A DNA stretch of 64,000 nucleotides, taken from NCBI GenBank assembly GCA_016284315.1, contig JAEEOO010000011.1, positions 34,106 through 98,105 on the forward strand, in the 5' to 3' direction. The position numbers and the translations under genes were made by a program. Origin of the DNA: Lachnospiraceae bacterium. Its GTDB lineage: Bacteria; Bacillota; Clostridia; Lachnospirales; Lachnospiraceae. The notes beneath the pieces were generated by a model that was not told where the DNA came from, ran no database searches, and worked only from the letters and a program-made list of their open reading frames with translations. Below are positions 62,362 to 64,000 of the stretch, one piece after another. The first letter of the stretch is position 1. Each line of letters starts with the position of its first letter.

Positions 62362-63144
62362 CTATCCAAGGGCCACATCAAGGGCCATCATAAGAACAAA
62401 TCCGACGGAGAACATGATAACACCAATGTTAGAATGTTCTCCTTCTGACATTTCAGGGATTAATTCCTCCACAACAACATACATCATAGCGCCCGCTGCA
62501 AAGCTTAAAAGATAAGGCATTGCGGGAACAAAGAAGCCTGCTGCCAGTAATGTAAGGGCGGCGCCAACGGGCTCTACAGCACCTGACAAAACACCGTCTA
62601 AGAATGCTTTTCCTTTGCTTCTTCCTGCCGCCCTAAGGGGCATGGAAATAATAGCTCCCTCGGGGAAGTTCTGAATGGCAATACCGAGAGCCAGTGCCAT
62701 GGCACCGCCAACAGTTATGTTTGTGTTGCCGGAAACAAGTCCTGCATACACAACTCCAACTGCCATTCCTTCAGGGATATTATGAAGTGTAACAGCCAGA
62801 ACCATCATGGTTGACTTTTTAAATTTTGCATGAGGTCCTTCTGCTTTTTCAGCGTTTAAGTGAAGGTGCGGGGTAATCGAGTCCAAAAGCAAGAGGAAAC
62901 CTACGCCCAGCATAAATCCAATGGCCGCAGGAAGAAAACTTAAACGTCCCCTGTCTGCCACCTGCTCCATAGCGGGAATAATAAGGCTCCAAATGGATGC
63001 TGCCACCATAACGCCGGCTGCAAATCCCGTAAGAGCTCGCTCGATTCCTTTCCCCATTTTGTTTTTCATAAAGAAAACCATGGCAGATCCAAGAGCAGTT
63101 CCCAAGAAAGGAATCATAAGTCCCATAATAACTATTTTAGTCAT
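62362..63144 (-). CDS. ZIP-family divalent metal transporter (ZupT/GufA-like)
   Basis: GFAAGVMVAAS, HNIPEGMAVG, QNFPEG, FAAGAMMYVVVEELIPE. Confidence 0.92.
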   Translation of the reverse strand: MTKIVIMGLMIPFLGTALGSAMVFFMKNKMGKGIERALTGFAAGVMVAASIWSLIIPAMEQVADRGRLSFLPAAIGFMLGVGFLLLLDSITPHLHLNAEKAEGPHAKFKKSTMMVLAVTLHNIPEGMAVGVVYAGLVSGNTNITVGGAMALALGIAIQNFPEGAIISMPLRAAGRSKGKAFLDGVLSGAVEPVGAALTLLAAGFFVPAMPYLLSFAAGAMMYVVVEELIPEMSEGEHSNIGVIMFSVGFVLMMALDVALG

Positions 63145-63296
63145 ATTTACCTCCTGTTATAGAGAAGAAATCAGGCTCTTAAAACACATCTGCTACTTTG
63201 ATTTAATGTGATTTCCCACAATCTCTGAGACATCGGATATTGCAGAGAATCCCTTACAATAAGTATGCTATATCGGCGCTTTGTTTGCAAGAAGAA

Positions 63297-63326
63297 ACCG
63301 GAGGTTTGCAGTGCTAACCTCCGGTT
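63297..63326 (-). terminator. Terminator after MCP gene
   Basis: AACCGGAGGTT/AACCTCCGGTT stem. Confidence 0.65.
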
Positions 63327-63357
63327 ATTATTATCAATTACAAAACTATTCTTGGTT

Positions 63358-64000
63358 TTAGAACTTGAACTTATTAACCTCATCGTCAAGCTGCTGAGCA
63401 ATCTGCGAGTTCTCGTTTACAATAGAGCGGTTCATCTTCATGTTGTCGGACATTTCCGAAACAGCGGAAGCAACGTCTCCGATTCCTCTTGCGCTCTCAT
63501 CAACAGCAGTGGATACATCCTCCATTGCGTCTGAAACGACACTCATGGATTTATCGATATTCTTTGAGGCATTTTCAACATCCTGAAGCATCTCGGAAAT
63601 CTTTTCAGCATCTTCCTGATACTGAACACCGGTATCCATAAGTTGCTGGTATCCGCCGATGGTCTTTTCTCTTACGAAATCAACCATCTTAGTTGCTTCA
63701 TCTGCAAGTGCTCTAACGTTCCCGATAACTTCCTCGGAAATAACCTGAATCTTCTTCGCTGTATCTGCCGAGTTGGTGGCAAGGTTGCTGATTTCCTCTG
63801 CAACAACCGCAAATCCACGTCCGTGCTCTCCTGCTCTTGCTGCCTCAATTGAAGCGTTAAGTGAAAGGAGGTTGGTCTGGGATGCGATATCAAGAATGGT
63901 CTGAGTAAGATCACTGATTGCTTCAACTGCCTTAGATTTTTCAATCTTATCATTAAGACTGTCTGTCATGTGATCCGCCGCCTGCTTAGCGGTTTCGGTT
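63358..64000 (-). CDS. Methyl-accepting chemotaxis protein (C-terminal part; runs off window)
   Basis: [33 protein letters not shown] signalling hairpin. Confidence 0.92.
   Translation of the reverse strand, partial: TETAKQAADHMTDSLNDKIEKSKAVEAISDLTQTILDIASQTNLLSLNASIEAARAGEHGRGFAVVAEEISNLATNSADTAKKIQVISEEVIGNVRALADEATKMVDFVREKTIGGYQQLMDTGVQYQEDAEKISEMLQDVENASKNIDKSMSVVSDAMEDVSTAVDESARGIGDVASAVSEMSDNMKMNRSIVNENSQIAQQLDDEVNKFKF

Overview
Chromosomal window of an anaerobic Firmicute, most likely Lachnospiraceae (Butyrivibrio-like by gene content; inference). Most genes lie on the minus strand. I found no rRNA, tRNA, CRISPR, prophage or transposase. Contents in order: flavodoxin-like reductase; liv ABC operon; GGDEF protein; nrdD with NrdR boxes; serpin-ECF sigma-anti-sigma operon; tldD/pmbA; AT-rich orphan; TetR/GT-B/MelB-like/GH36 alpha-galactoside locus; DD-carboxypeptidase; mfd-pth-spoVG-glgD-glgC; bioY; prs; dnaC-like/dnaD behind a DnaA-box cluster; murC; a Na+-type F1Fo atp operon; upp/rpiB/sua5/GH18; mecA; pyruvate formate-lyase locus; ZIP transporter; partial MCP. 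Most notable: (1) PFL is split into a barrel gene and a separate glycyl-radical-domain gene, with a 67-aa Cys-rich partial paralog of the radical domain between them; (2) a ~110-nt four-helix element occurs twice (after pflB and after upp) with similar loops but compensatory, divergent stems; (3) a serpin operon with an ECF-type promoter; (4) a MelB-like transporter with large extracellular insertions next to an MGDG-synthase-like protein.
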